Both the position numbers and the translations under genes were made by a program. A stretch of 64,000 nt of DNA, taken from contig JBLDXI010000013.1 in assembly GCA_047495785.1 (NCBI GenBank), positions 2,480,001-2,544,000 on the forward strand, written 5' to 3'. Shown one piece after another: positions 1 through 14,000 of the stretch; positions within the stretch are counted from its first letter, which is position 1, and the number at the start of each line of letters is the position of its first letter. Below the pieces are notes generated by a model that saw nothing but the letters and a program-made list of their open reading frames with translations, made no database searches and had not been told where the DNA came from. Origin of the DNA: Lepidodermella squamata. Taxonomy: Eukaryota > Animalia > Gastrotricha.

Positions 1-1281
1 TAACAGCCCTCAAAACAGAGACTAAATTTTTTGTATAAATTTCTAGGGCTTAGCGACAAGTTTGTTATAAAGCGCTGTCGAACAAATGACCAGCAAATAG
101 ACGCACTGCTTCTTCAGTCGCCACGTAGATCACGCTCGAGATAAGCGGCTTTCAAGCAAAGCCTCAGAAAAACTTGCCTTCTGCCCTGGCCAACAGAGCC
201 AAAGGCAGGCAGAATATTTCGGGCGAATACCTTCCGTTTTAGTCACTGATGAGCTTTTGATTTTCTATTCAAGGTTAAGTTATTTTTTGCGGAGAGTGCA
301 TCTCCCTATTGATTCCTTGTTTACCCAAGTCAGTGCCAAATTAGACTGCGTCATTTAATGTGCACAGAATAATAGAAATTCCACTAATTGACTAACATGG
401 ATATCAAAAGTTTTATAACCCGCAAAATTCCTGCGCGCTGAATTCGTGCAAAGCTTTCAAAGTATTTCAAAGCCGGACGTAAGAGCATTTTCCTGCCAAC
501 CGTGTGAGGCATGGGAACGCGTGACACTAGAGTTAGGAAATCACGTGGAAAGATGTGTCAAGCGTGTTAACCGGCAGGTAATGTTTCTGGTCAACGATGA
601 CTATCTGCTGACCAACGCTTATCTGCGTTAACCGCCCACGTTTTCCCTACCTTACTTGCATGAATCAGAATAATATTAGCGTAATGACGAAACACCTCAA
701 CCGTCCGCTATCAAAAAGGAAAATTCATCAAAATTATTCATTCATTTTTGATGACTTGTTGATTCGTGTTTTTATTGCTTGATAATATCTTCCTCTTCTC
801 ATCAAGTTCGGGTCATTCGAGTACGAATCCTTTTAGCTGAAGACCAGACTACTGTTGTAATGCAGAAAGCGCGAAGCCATTAGTCTGTCTCGTGTAAGTA
901 GTTGTTTGAATGCTCTTAATTATCGCTTCATTAACACGGATAGTTACGTCAGTTTTTTTCTACAACAAACTTCATAATGTGTTAAAATTTAACGCGTTAA
1001 TAAGATGAAGCTAATAATCTACCTTTATTATCTGCTTTACATTCGTAGACGATAACACAGTAGTAGGTGTGAGTTGTTTTTCTGACGCAATCATATGAAA
1101 AATAGGGAAAAAACTTGGATGAACCTTCCTAGGAAAGTGGCTGTGTTAATTCAAATTATATATGTTCTCAGTTGGCCCCAAGCGCATGAATAATTATCAC
1201 CTTCATTTAAAGCTATCATAATACTGAAACTTTTCTTTAGATCTTATTTTGATAAACTTCACAGTGGAAAACTTACTGGAT

Positions 1282-2469
1282 ATGTTGAGATCCTTACTCG
1301 TTTCCTCTCTATTGTTTGTCGGGCAAACAAATGGTAAAAATAACCAAGAAAATCTCACAGCTCTTCAAAATTTCGTTTTTTTCAGCCCAAAATACCGATG
1401 TGATTTTCCGATCCAACCCGACTGGTTGGACTTGTAGTGATACGCCATTTCAAGCTACTCGAGTCACATATTCATTCAGCGACGGGTCACCCCTTCGAGC
1501 TGTTGTAGCCAGAATAGTTCAATCTTGCCAGGCTTCATGTCGCAGCGCGAGTTGGTGTCGGGCTTTCTCGGTAGATTCACTACCAGTTTCCGCCCCGAAT
1601 ACTCCGAATAGCCGTACAACCAACGACTACTACGACAACTATTTGGACGAGAATCGGGATAGCTCTGCTGTTTGTAATTTATTCACCCAGACCTCGTGCC
1701 GCGTCGTGAGATGGCCAAGCCCACGTACTACAGTTTTAGCATACAAAATTGCGAGTAAGACATTTTTCGAATTTTAGCGACCTCAATTTAACTCCCTTTT
1801 GTGTTACTTTAGAGGTGGAAGGCTATGACTTGAATGAGCGAAAATGCCCGAAGCCTATTAACGTGTGGGTTGGCGGTCCGCCTGACCAATGTGCCCAGGC
1901 TTGTGATTATTCACCGCTTTGCGCTGGCTTCAACTACAAGTTTGCGGAAAATCAGTGCTTCTTGATTAACAACAACAAATCACTTGGCTTGGATGACGAG
2001 GATTCGGCCTGTCCGACCTTATCCTTAGTCAGCGATCCCTATCAAGTTTACTACGCCAAGAAAAGTAATTTTTGAATTTCCTTATAAATTCTGTGAAATT
2101 TAACGAATTTTTCAAGGCCCCATTTCACGATCGGAGCTCAATGATGCCCTGCCCCAGCAGCCTTTTGACGGCTTCTTCGGTCACAACGGCAATTGCCGAG
2201 GTGGTGTTACGTCGAATTTCGAAGCAATTCCAAGCAAAAATGGCGCGGCCCCTCAGGCCGTAGCAATCCTTTCTTGCCCGGGTTGCGAAGCCAACATCGA
2301 AAGCTGCATATCGACCTGCCGAGCTCAAAGATGGTGTAAAGGCGTTTCGGTGTTCATCGGCACGAAACTCGACTACACAAAACCGATTTGCTTCCTGAAA
2401 GCTACTAAATGCGCCGCTTCACAAATCGACCAAAATGCAGTCTATCGCTTCTTCGAGAAACTTGAATAA
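1282..2469 (+). CDS. Secreted protein with three PAN/Apple-like domains (exons 1282-1333, 1386-1754, 1813-2064, 2117-2469)
   Basis: Hand-spliced in frame across three GT-AG introns. Signal peptide MLRSLLVSSLLFVGQTNA. Three repeats of the C-x3-C-x5-C-x-[AG]-[FV]...C pattern (CQASCRSASWCRAFS; CAQACDYSPLCAGFNY..CFL; CISTCRAQRWCKGVS..CFLK). TAA at 2467-2469. Confidence 0.8.
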
Positions 2470-2535
2470 TTTCACGTAAAAATTATATATTTGATAAATT
2501 GTTTAGAAATTCAAGCCCGTTGCTGTTGTGTCTCT

Positions 2536-2556
2536 TCTCTCTCTCTCTCTCTCTCT
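2536..2556. repeat. (CT)n microsatellite between convergent 3' ends
   Basis: About 10 perfect CT units. Confidence 0.9.
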
Positions 2557-2804
2557 GCCGTGTTCCTTCAGCTGCCTGTACGTGTTTTCTCATCGACAAC
2601 TTTTAAAAAACTCGTGAATTTTTTATTTACCATTTTATTGTTAAAATGTCAATTTATTTACAACAAATAAAGCTCGTGAGTGAACGGCATTTCGAGGCAT
2701 CGTCGCTTCTATTTTACAAATCAACTAGCTGAAAAAAGATTACAGAGACCAAACCGTACTATGAACTAGGCTTTTCTGCAGGACTCAGAAATTTTGAATT
2801 TTTT

Positions 2805-5501
2805 TTAATGATCGCTCGGTGGCATTCCATTAGATCTCGCCGCGGCTCTTGCTCGAGCCGACGAGGCTGTAATATTCGGCGCTGTCAGGGAACAAAGGAA
2901 GTGTTTAAACGCCGTTCCTGGGTAAATAAGTTCCCAATGCAGTTCAACAGCTGTTGACATTTGTTCGTAAAAAGCTGGTTTCGAAGCCAGGCGACGAAGG
3001 CCCCGAGGCAAGAACGTCAAGTCAGGCGCGTCATCGCCAAAATCACTCGTCGATTTGCGAGCTTCGGGCGATAGTAAATAGACCCAAGATTCGAAATCCA
3101 GCGATCCTTTCAAGACATCGGTCGTCATGCCTAGCAACTGCTCCGAGTTAGATACGCTCATAGTGCCGGTTGTAGGCCGCCGAAGTGCGAATGGTGACGT
3201 TGAAATGTAAAGCAATCGAACTGGCCGGTCTTTATCTCGACTCAGATTTTCGATCGATCGGCCGACTGGATCGCAAAATGGGCCTAAAATCTGGCAAACC
3301 GTTTCTGAACTAGGCACGTGGTCATTCAGAGCCTTTGATCGTGCAGTTGGCGTTTGTTTCTCCTCCTGAACATCACCTGTGGTCACTCGATTACGCCAGG
3401 CTTCCGGCCAATTGTGAATGTTCTCATCGACCCAGTCATCGAAACGGATCAAAGGATCGTTCGGTGTTCGATGTGTATAGGTTGAGATCTCGCCAGTTGG
3501 CGTAAGGCCAATCATGGTGATAGCTACGTCATACGAAGGGGTCGATGTTAGATAGGTCCAGGCCCGAGGAAGGGCTTTCAGATACTGACGAAGGTAGAAA
3601 AGATGGGTCTGGCTTAGCTCTGTAGGTAGTGCCGCTATTACGATAACGTGGGTTGAATCACACCGGCCGATATCTATTTAAGAAATCAAAAATAGATTTT
3701 TAATAAAGCTTTTTAAAATTCTTACTTCTATCGCATTTCGGAATAGGTTCCCATTGTCCCTGAAGGGAGCATGAAGCTGCGTCCACGTCGCGAATTTTGT
3801 AGCCATCTACACAGTCGAATTTGATGGAGTCCCCGGGGTAAGCAACTAGACTTTCAGGGTAGGCCCATTTCCTCGAAACCTCTTCGCCATTTCGAATCAC
3901 TGGTATCACATCGCAGCTAGCTAGCTCAAAAGCAGATCAAGAATTAGGGTTGATATATTTTCGGACTTTGGGAACTTACCTCCCAACGCGTCTTTCCTAG
4001 TAGTTTGTTGGATTGTAACGCACATCGGTAGGGTTGTCCAGAATCCATCGCTTTTACAGTAGACCAGCTCAGAACCGGGCGGGAAAGGCGCGTAATTCGC
4101 CCGGTCAACACATCCGTAGTAAACAGCATCACCAGTGCTGATTGACTTGGTGCCTTCGAACGATTTATGAACAACTGTTGCTCCGTTGATAGTCGGAATT
4201 TCGCCGCAGCCTTTAGTGTTTGGCTTACTCAGGACACAAATCGGCAAGTCGGCCCACGACATGTCGTCGCGGCACTGCGCGATCGCCACCGTGCTTATCG
4301 ACATCGCCATTTCGTCCTGATCGGCCAGTTGATAGCCCTCGAGGCACTCGTAGATCACCCTGTCACCCACGCGACTTTTTTCGATGAAGGTCTTAGAGCG
4401 AACGAAGGCGTTTGCGATGAGTAACGCGGGCCCACATGATGCTGGCGCGACCGTTGCTAAGGGTATGGTCACTACAGGAATCGCTCTTTGGGTAGGAATA
4501 GTCGGGTTAGTAGTCCGAATCGAAGTTTGCCTAGTCGTAGTAGGAGTCATGGTAGTCGAACCCGAAGTCGTAGGTGTTGTCCTCGTCGTTGTAGTAGTCG
4601 TAGTTGTCGTAGTTGTTGACGTAGTTGTAGTTGGCTCCTCATCCGGGGCGATTAGCGAAAAAAGAGCCGGATGTCTACCCCTTGATTGAATGAATATGTC
4701 TTTCCCCATTGTTATCTCAGCCCTTCCATCCAGATTTACAACACCGAAAAACCCTATGTAAGTCGGGAAGGTGATGGCACTTTCATATCTGAAGGGTAAA
4801 ATCAGCTCGGTAGCAGGTAATTTCCAGTTTTCGTACGCCACCCCGATAACTTGGCCAGGTTTGACCTTGAATCTGAATTTCGGCGGAATTATATAAGTGT
4901 TCCAGCCTTTTTGTTGGGTCGTTAAAACGATCGAGTAATTCGCTAGCCGGAAAGCGTAAAGGCCAATTCGATCGAAAACTACGACGAAGAAAGGCGACCC
5001 GGCTTTGTCTTGTAACTGGTTGTAGTAAGACCAGCCTGTCACTGTTCCGGCACATTCGACGCGCATAAACTCGAAAATGTGAAGTAAAGGCGACGCCTCG
5101 GGGAAATTTGTATTCAAAAAGTCGCCCGGATCGCCTGCGAAACAGCCTTCTTTGCATATCAACGGCGTTGAGTCGTACTGAAAGCTATAGGTAGCGTCAT
5201 CGCCATTCCGCCTACACCGCATTGTTTCCCAGGCATGGCCTGATGTTGAGTAGTAACCGGCTTTGCAGCTGACGTTGAGCGAAGAAAATGGGATATACCG
5301 GATGAGGGATCGGGTGTCGAGTTTCACGCCTTCGTCAAGAACTGGAGGATCACATCCGAATGGGGGTTGGTCTTGAGCTATCACAAATTCTTTAAATTAA
5401 AATAATAATTTTAATAGGAGGAATTTTAAGAAATTACCTGAGATAGCTAATGCTAGGACTAGAATCGATGTGATAAATTTAATTTCTTGCGAACATGGCA
5501 T
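2805..5501 (-). CDS. Secreted multi-domain protein: CCP/sushi, unnamed beta domain, Thr-rich mucin linker, three more CCP, degenerate VWA-like C-terminus (exons 5501-5438, 5389-3980, 3920-3726, 3673-2805)
   Basis: Signal peptide MPCSQEIKFITSILVLALAIS. CCP motifs (CGP..VGDRVIYECLEGY..CRDDMSW..LPIC; CKSDGFWTTLPMC; CSLQGQWEPIPKC). Poly-Thr at ~4500-4630. The last exon has a VWA-like strand/helix pattern (THVIVIAA, RPVRLLYISTSP) with no DxSxS MIDAS. Confidence 0.75.
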
Positions 5502-6387
5502 ATTTTGTGCCAAAACGTATAGCAATATAACTTTACGGCTAAATTTTCATGAGTTTGCTCGTTTACCGTTTCAACGCTAATATTGCCAAAAGTTGTGAGT
5601 TGCTATAAGAGCGCATGTTATTTTTAGAGACGCGTCGGGCAATTAGCCATCACACAGCTCCGGTTCGCGGGCACCTACAGTGTTAACGCGTTCACAGGCC
5701 AGCCGGCAATCTCCTGTCTTGTTATTACTCGGCTTGTTTCTCGCGCGTTCATTTACTGCACTCTGTTATTAGCCACTACCTTGTAGCAATTATTGTTGTT
5801 CATTACATTATTGCGATTGTGGTGGTACAACAGCAATTAGTTTTCGTTGAACGGTCATATAAACAAAAGCGTTGAAATGAGACTGCGTATAGCTTGTATA
5901 TTTACAAATAACCTCATAAATATACAAACCTCGGCTTTTCTTCGAAAATTCACTGACCCTGAAGGTGAGGAAAAAGTCACTCTCGAATTTTAGAACATGC
6001 TCTTCCTTTATTTCTGCTTTTCATTCATTATCATGTTCGAAAGAACGCATTGACAAGCCTCAAAGTATAAAAATTTAAATAATTATCGCATTTCTTTTTA
6101 CAATAAAATGATTTTAAAATGATATTATTATTATTGGTTTGTACAACAATCAATCAAACGATTCGCGAATAAATGTCATCGATTTGTCATTTCTTTCATC
6201 TTAGGATGCTTTGAATACTTTTACAGGTACAAAAAATGGAGGTCGATTTTCAGGGGGTCTAAAAGCGCATATATATTCAAGACAATTAAATTTCCATCCG
6301 TAAGATCATCACATGATAACTAATTTTCTGACGTTGTAAAAGAGTAGAGAGAAAGATATCCATCATATTGATTGGTAGCAAAAACGT

Positions 6388-9300
6388 TTAAAGAATAGCC
6401 GCATTTTGCGAGCTGAAAAGCGCCGAATAGCCGGTGTTGTTGTTTTCGGAGAGTTGCAACTGGTTCGCCGCGGCTAAAATTCTACCGGACGCTGTTAGCT
6501 TTTGGTTAATAAACGGCGTCGCTTGATTGTTGTTCAGCATTTCAGTGGTGACTGGCACTGCGTTGTCCCAAAATTCCGGATTATCAGCCTGCGCGAAGTC
6601 GATGGCGCCATCGTCCGAGTTCGGCGGGCTAGGCACGCCACTCGCGTCTGGGATCACCATAGACGACCTAACCATCTCAGCCGTGGTTGTGAAGTTGTTA
6701 TTCCGCTGCGAGTTGTTCGCCATTCTCAACGACGCGTAGGCAGTTCCGAGGCGGGGCAGGCGCGGGCTTTTGAAGTTCGTCGCGGTTTTCTGCTGCTTCT
6801 CCGCGCTCATAACCGGCGACATGAAATTCGACGGCGGGCGGATGTTGTCGACAAAGTGATCGATCGGCTCATTGTCGTAGACAACAAAGCCGTTGTTCGC
6901 GTCGTGGCTGCCGGACGATGTCGAATCACTGCCGCCGCCTAGAATCGGCCGGCGGCAACTCGACGAGCGAGACGCGGCTGAATTTCCGTTTGACCCAGTT
7001 CCGGACAACGGCCCACCCGTGTACAACAGCAACGGCCTATCCGGTCCCGGGGGTGACATCGGCATGGAGCCGCTGTGCTCGCCCGCCGACGAGCTTCGCT
7101 CATTCAAATGGTTGACCTGGGTCCGGAAACTGCCCCTGCCAATCATTTGCGGCGTGCCAATCATCATCTGCTGCACCCCGCCGCGATTCATCGGGGTCTG
7201 GATATACGTGAAAGCTGAATGATGACCCGATTTGTGAAGACTGTCCCCAGCCCTTGTGACCGGTACAGTCAACAGCGACGTTTTCGTCGAGCAAAACCGC
7301 CTAGCCCTACGACGGCAGATGCAAGCCGTGTAAACCGCCAGCAGAACCGCGATGATTCCGAACGATGACCCGAGCAGGGTTGGCAAGAAAGCAGGGTGAG
7401 ACGTTAGAACTGGCAAAACATCGCTGTGTTCACTGCTGCTGATCCCGTTCAAATTGACTTTGAGTTGAGCAAACGGGCCCTCGCCAGCCCTGTTCATCGC
7501 CGTAACCTTGACAACGTACACCTCCTCAGGCCTCAGACCGTCAAAAGCCGCGTGGAGAGTAGTAGAATTCGTGACTTGGGTCAGCAGCGGGAATAAAGAC
7601 GGCGCATTCGGGCCGAGGAACAACTGCGCCCTGTAGCCGATAATCACGCCGTTTTGGCCGTCCGAACTCGGCGCCTCCCACTGGACGTAAATTCCAGTGC
7701 CGTTGTCGACACGACTGGCAACTAGCGATCGAACTGTTTTCGACGGAGCCGCTTCCAATGTTCGGAAATTCGCGCTTTGCGACGCGCCTTCGATGTTCTC
7801 GTCGAAGAACGGAATCACCTCAACGCGGTAGTTCGAAAACGGCGATAAACCAGTTATGAGGTACCATCGCAAAGCGAGTTCGCTCTTTTGGACGTGGCGG
7901 ACGATTTCGGCCTCGTTCGGGTTTGAAAGCGATCGAGCTCTCACCTCCATGTGTTCGACCAGGTCGTAGTCAGTAAGACCCCGCCAGTTAAGGCGGACAG
8001 AGTCGCTGGTTACAACTTCGCTCTCCAACATTCGGAAAACGGGTTGCTTCGGGTAGTTGCCGTTAGCTGGTTTGTTGCGTTGAACGGGCCGCGGGGTCGG
8101 GAGACCCCGGGTGACAGCACCCACCGCCAGGGTTCGCACAGGGTCCGACGGCTCTGATGGCAGGCTGTAGCCGTAGGTGTTTCTAGCCCGAATTCTGAAC
8201 TGATAAGCGCTTGATGGCCGTAAACCAGTCACGGTGAAGCGGTCATTCGGAACGGCTAGGTCGACAACCTCCCAGCTAGCTACGCCGCCGTCTAGGAAGA
8301 GTTTCTCGACGACGTAGCCGAAAACGGTGGCGCGGCCTTCGTAGGGGCTGCGGGTCCAGGTTAGGGACACTACGGTGTCTCCGGAGTCGAGAACGGCTGG
8401 TCGGGACGGAGCGCCTGGGGCACTTCTCGGGTCGAAACCGCTGTTGCCATCCCAAGCCAGGCCAGGTACCAGGTCGACCCGAACCCGGGCAGAGGCGGTG
8501 GATTCGCCCGTTTCGGAAATCGCCCGACACGCGTAGAGACCAGCGTCTTGAGGTTGAATGTCGATAATGTCAAGGGTAGTGCCGTCTTCTGAGATTGAGA
8601 AGCGATCGGCGGCCGAGTTAGATCGCATGTTGATCAGCGGCCTGCCGTCGCGGTTCCAGCGAATCGAAGGCTGGGGGTCGCCCTCGGCGCGGCAGCGAAG
8701 GGTGACTCGACTTTTCGGGAGAACCAGCTGATCCGTCGGCGGCACGTCGACTAGCTGAGGAGCAGGGCGGGGGTCGTGCTGGCGGACATCGAGAAGTGTC
8801 CACGCCTCAGCACGGCCGAGGTTTGATATCGCGAGGCAGGTGAATCGGCCAGAGTCGGAAAGACGCAAATTGCGAATGTGGAGCGAACCGTCATCCGCGA
8901 CGAAAATTCTACCGCCATCGTGAGATTGGCCTAGGAGCAGTTGGATTCCGTTTGAGTGATCAGGTAGTTGCCAGTAAACAGCAGGCAGAGGATAACCACG
9001 AACTGAGCATTCCATTACTAAAAGAAAAAAATCACATTTTTACATTAAATTTTGAAAATATTTGAAATTTTGAAAATTTCAATTTCAATTTCAATTCCAA
9101 AATTTTGTAGAGAAAAACTTCGTTTGTAAATACAATTTGTAAAATAGTTGTGAAAATAATTTTACATTCCGAATTTTCGTTGAGAACAAATCGCGTTAAA
9201 TTTTAAATTTTGAATTTCAATTTCAATTTCAATTCCGAAATTTCGAATTTTCAAAATCCAAAATCTCGTAGAGAAAAATTGCAAAAAGATTTTGGGCAAT

Positions 9301-11076
9301 TTTAAATTCAATTTTAATTTCAAAATTTTAAAATGTCTCTCATTCAGATACTTACCAACTGTTCGGCCTTGAGCTGCTACAGTTTTTGGGGCAGGTTGGA
9401 CTCGGAAACTAGGCTTCGAATTGACTCGTAACAGAGCTTCCTTCGTATCGGAACCAGCTTCATTTCGAGCCTGGCAAACGTAAGTCCCAGCATCTTCCTC
9501 AGCAATCGGATTGATCACCAAAGTGTCAGCATTGACAATTTGAGCGCGAGATGGTAACGGACGGCCAGATGCCGAATTTCGCCGCGACCAGAAAATCATC
9601 GGTGACGGGTTGCCAGTAGCTCGGCACTTGAACTGAACCAGCTCGCCTTCGTTCGATGTTTTATTCTCCGGGGCAACGGTGATTTTCGGCTTTTCAAGGA
9701 CTTCAAGAATCGCCGGGCTGGTTTGGCGATGATCGGCCGCGTTTTCTGCCCGGCAAACGTAGTGCCCGGCATCTGTTCGCTTAATGTCGACAATCTCGAG
9801 ATTTCCGTTCGTTAGATAACGAATTCGGCCATCCGAGTTGGACGACTCGACCTGTTGCTTGGCATTTCGCGGCAGTTCGACGCCGTCTTTCCACCATGAA
9901 ATATGCGGCTCGGGTGAGCCTCGGGGTGGTCGGCATTCGAAAACAGCTGCATCACCGACGACAGCTTTGACGCTCTGAGGGCTGAGCAAGAACTGAGTTC
10001 TGAGGTAGGCCATTGTGATGTTGGCAGGCTCTGATAACGTCCAGCCGAATGAGTTGGAAACATTGCACCGGTAGCTTCCAAAGTCTGAGTTTTGACCAGG
10101 CCGGCGGCCTTGTTGAGCAGAGAGAATTAGCAGGTAATCAGATTCTTGAATGCGAACGCTTGGATCGGCCTCCAGAATGTTGCCTAAAAAAATAAGAAAT
10201 CAAATTATTAAGGAGGAGTTTTTTCATCTTTCAGCCTGGATTATTTTTTCCTTGTTTCTGTGTTTTTGTTATTTTGTATTTATCCGGGGTTAATTTAGCG
10301 TGTGAGAAGGTGTCCCCGCGCTTTTCGGTGTGACCGGTGTCATCAATGCGTTTTCGCACGGCAATAAAAACAAACCACTTCTAGATGGCTAATCCCACTC
10401 GAGGCTCTTTATTTTTGCCTCGATTCGCAAGAGGGGAGATGATTATGATGAGACCCGTGGATGATAATGCGCGACAAATAAATAGTACACTACAACCGCC
10501 GGGCAGGCAGAGGAATTCCGGCTTTGATATCATGAGATATTATTACCTGGTAGGTAGCTAATTAATTTGGCTGTGCGCGCGCTCTGACAAAAGAGTGGGC
10601 CGGCGCGCGCGTTTGTTCGAATTATTATTGCCGGCGCGCAAATCCGGGGCATCAACTACTTAGCCGCGCGTTTTGTTTGCGGCTCGCGATGACCCGGCGT
10701 CATTAATAAGCGCGAGGCACCCTCGTCACGGACTCGTTGCGACTCGAGTGAGACACCGAGAAGCCACAAATACCACATTATTATTTTATTGCCGGGGTCA
10801 AATATTGACCGGCGGGCGGTTTCGCCGCAAAAGAGGGTGCGGCCCGGTAAACACGCCGAGATTTAGTGCCGCGCGGAATAACTCACCGTCTTTCAGCCAT
10901 TCAACGCTTGTCTCGCCGCTATCGGCGCCACTATTCGCTCGACAGTGCAGCTTTATCGCATCGCCTCGGGCGTAGACCCCACTTCGAGGATGTTCGACAA
11001 CGACCGGCGGCTTCGAAGGCGCCGCGACGCATATCGCGACGACGAAACACGACAACAAAATCGACGTGGTGACCAT
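6388..11076 (-). CDS. robo: Roundabout (Robo) receptor: signal peptide, 5 Ig, 3 FN3, TM, cytoplasmic tail (exons 11076-10887, 10183-9356, 9017-6388)
   Basis: The splice model is in frame (WLKDG|NILEAD; RTVV|MECS). Canonical 5Ig+3FN3 layout. Ig2 AYLRTQF...FECRPPRGSPEP is typical of Robo. TM LLGSSFGIIAVLLAVYTACIC followed by RRR. Confidence 0.92.
9040..9330. repeat. Degenerate AT-rich tandem repeat (AATTTC units, duplicated GTAGAGAAAAA block) inside Robo intron 2
   Basis: AATTTCAATTTCAATTTCAATTCC and GTAGAGAAAAA each occur twice. This explains the spurious KILKLKLNLK tail of ORF 9162-10013. Confidence 0.7.
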
Positions 11077-14000
11077 TTAACTGGTTTTTAATTGCCGCAT
11101 CAAAAAATCAACGTTGAAACACAAATAATAACGAGTAAAAGATCTAGATGAATATAACAGAAAAATTGCAAAAATCATCAAGATAACTGTGCAGAGTAAT
11201 TATTTGCGTTGGCGGGAATCGATGTTTTGGTTACGAACGCGCCGGGCGTAACACTGTAATGATGTTAAGATGATGTTGTTGGTCTGCTCGGGAGAATCGC
11301 AGCACAGGCTAACCGGAAATGTGGCGTCATTACACGCGCCAGGCGCATCATTCGTTACTGCTGTTATTTGTGTTAAGCGTTTGTTAAGGAGGCGAAACCC
11401 TAGACCAATTTACTACCGAACTCGGGTGATGATACATTTCGCGTATGGAATTTCTCAACAGCCGATCGATGTTATTAGTCGCCAGTCGATTCCTATACTG
11501 CAGCAGAGCAGCTAAACAGCTGCAACCAGGCCGCGCTATGCATGATTACTTCCGAGAGGTGGGGCGATCTCGCACTACACCATTTATTGCCGATAGGTAG
11601 TAAAGAAAAAGGTAAACATAAAATAATAAACCTGGCGCCATGCTAGGGGTGAAAATTTTGTAATACAGTATGCGCGGTATCATGCCGTTGTGTTTTCTCA
11701 AAAATCGACGGAAATAAAAAGTCGCGGGCTAAAAATAACAAAACATCGCCGCGTTGTTTGTTATTATTGTTGGTGTGTTAAAAGGCCGTAAAAAGAAGCT
11801 GTTGCTGTTATTATTATTGTTAAAAATCATATCGAATATCGGCGAGCGGGCGCATTTTCGCGCAGTAGTAATTGGCGACAGACCGGACCTAATAATCAGC
11901 AGTCAGTCAGCTGCTGGCTACTAGCAGTAAATAACCCGCGCACTATGTTGCAGTTCGGGCCGGAAAAGAGAGAAGAGGGGACACGAGCCGAATTACGCAA
12001 TTTTTCGATCGAATATAATATAGGCCACTAGGCAAATAATGGCATTAGCTCGGGGTAATAAACACAGTGATATAAAGTTACATTATTTCTGGCGACGAAG
12101 AGTTGCCGAGTGAGTTCATTATGGCAGATTAAAGTCGGTTACTACACGAAGTGAACCCATCGCGCTTCCGGGCCGCAAGAAGTGACAGTAGTAGAAGGCA
12201 GGTTAATGATGACCCGGTGTTTAATTCTACTGATGGCCACTTTGTCCCGGTGGCTCGAGCTTCTACATTTCACAGCAGTCGTGAATGTGATGCTGTGCAG
12301 TGTTGTTGTATACTAATAAATATAGCGGCGGGCATATCTATGTAAAACAGGGTGATCGCGCGCGCGTTGCTGCAATAATAATAATAAATGAAGGTTCAAG
12401 AAGCCCGCGGCTTGGAAAGTGTGCCTATAGCTTCGGGCACAGGTGAACTTCGCGTGAGTGACACGGAGCGCGGCGGCTAAAAAGCCTGCTGCACGCTCGT
12501 GATTATTGTTTAGCATTTTGGTATAGGTATAGGTCATAATCATATAGTAATAATCACGCGTTCGTTCGCGCGAATTGAATAGCGGATCGAGAGAGAGCCC
12601 AGCGAGAACGCGCGGGATGGGCGCGACACACAAATTAAAGGCGTGTTTCATTATTATTTAGTACACGCTATACACCTGGCCGCTAAGTTTTATGGCTACC
12701 TACCTATACGATCTACCAAAACGCACAGCAGTGGCCATCTGCGTACAACAACGGGCCGATTGATCGACGACGCGGCAAAACGCACGCACGCAGGACCCTC
12801 TCATCGTCATCGAAATAATAATTAAAAATAGACCGGGCACGCGCTCTATTATTATTTTATACCTATATAAAACCTAAAATCGACATGGCATCAGCTTAAC
12901 AACACAACAATGTCGATTCGTCAAATAATAGCAAAATTATGGTAAACAAATCGCTCCTGGTTCCCACTTGAATACAATAAACAATTGCGATGGGCAAAAA
13001 CCCGGCAGCTTGAGATAAAGCCCTAAAACAAGTATTTACCTGTAATTTAAACTGTGAACCTAAACAAGCGATAAGCAAGTGAACAACTGCGGTATATATA
13101 GCGTCGCTGTCACCCTAATGCTAAGGCTATTTGAAATTGAGATGGAAAATTTCGCAGCGATGAGTCAGTTACCTTGTCGACGAAAAACTAGCTGGGAAAC
13201 AAAATATATCCAGGGGTTTATACAGCATTTGCGTGGCCTTCTCATCACCGCGTTGTCTAACTCGCGTATTAGCGTGTTTGTACAAACAGCGAGCGAAATA
13301 GATAGAGATGCCCTTTGTTATAGCCGTAATAACAATAATATACAACATCTCATGAGCAAATAAATAAGTAAACGGGTGGGGTAGTACGTGCCAGTCGACA
13401 ACACGACGACGACGAAACGGTTTCTCATCATCGCGCAGTTTGTAAGATGAGACAAACAGCCGATTAGCAGCACTTTCGAACTCGCAGAGAGAGACAGGAT
13501 GTATTAGATAGTAAAAACGATGATTTGAAGAGGAAGGAAGGACGGACGGAGGGACCGGTTTCGATGGTGTTACGACACCGCGCTAGCTGCAACACACGAC
13601 GTGTGATGTCCAGTTGCGAATCTGGGCTTGTTTCGCGCGCGCTCAAAAACAGCTGACAGGCGGCTGTGCGCTACAACAGTAGGGTGTTACAATATTATTA
13701 GCCGACACACGGGATCTGATTTCGGTAGTGTTAAGTGCCTGGCGCCAAACGCGTGGCAAAAATAGCGGCTACGCGCGGATTAGCCGCGACCGGTCGCGAT
13801 AAAATTCGGTCGGAAATTCCGGTTCGGATCAGCAAAACCGGTGCACAGGATGATCTGAAAATTCTCGCGAGTCTGATCGCTTTGGTAAATAATAAGTAGC
13901 CGCTTTGATCATCATTTGCACAAGTGCAAAAAATCACGCGCGCACGCCTGATTTTTATTAACCAACCGTAAAAAACGCACTGTTTTTAAGGTAGATTTTT

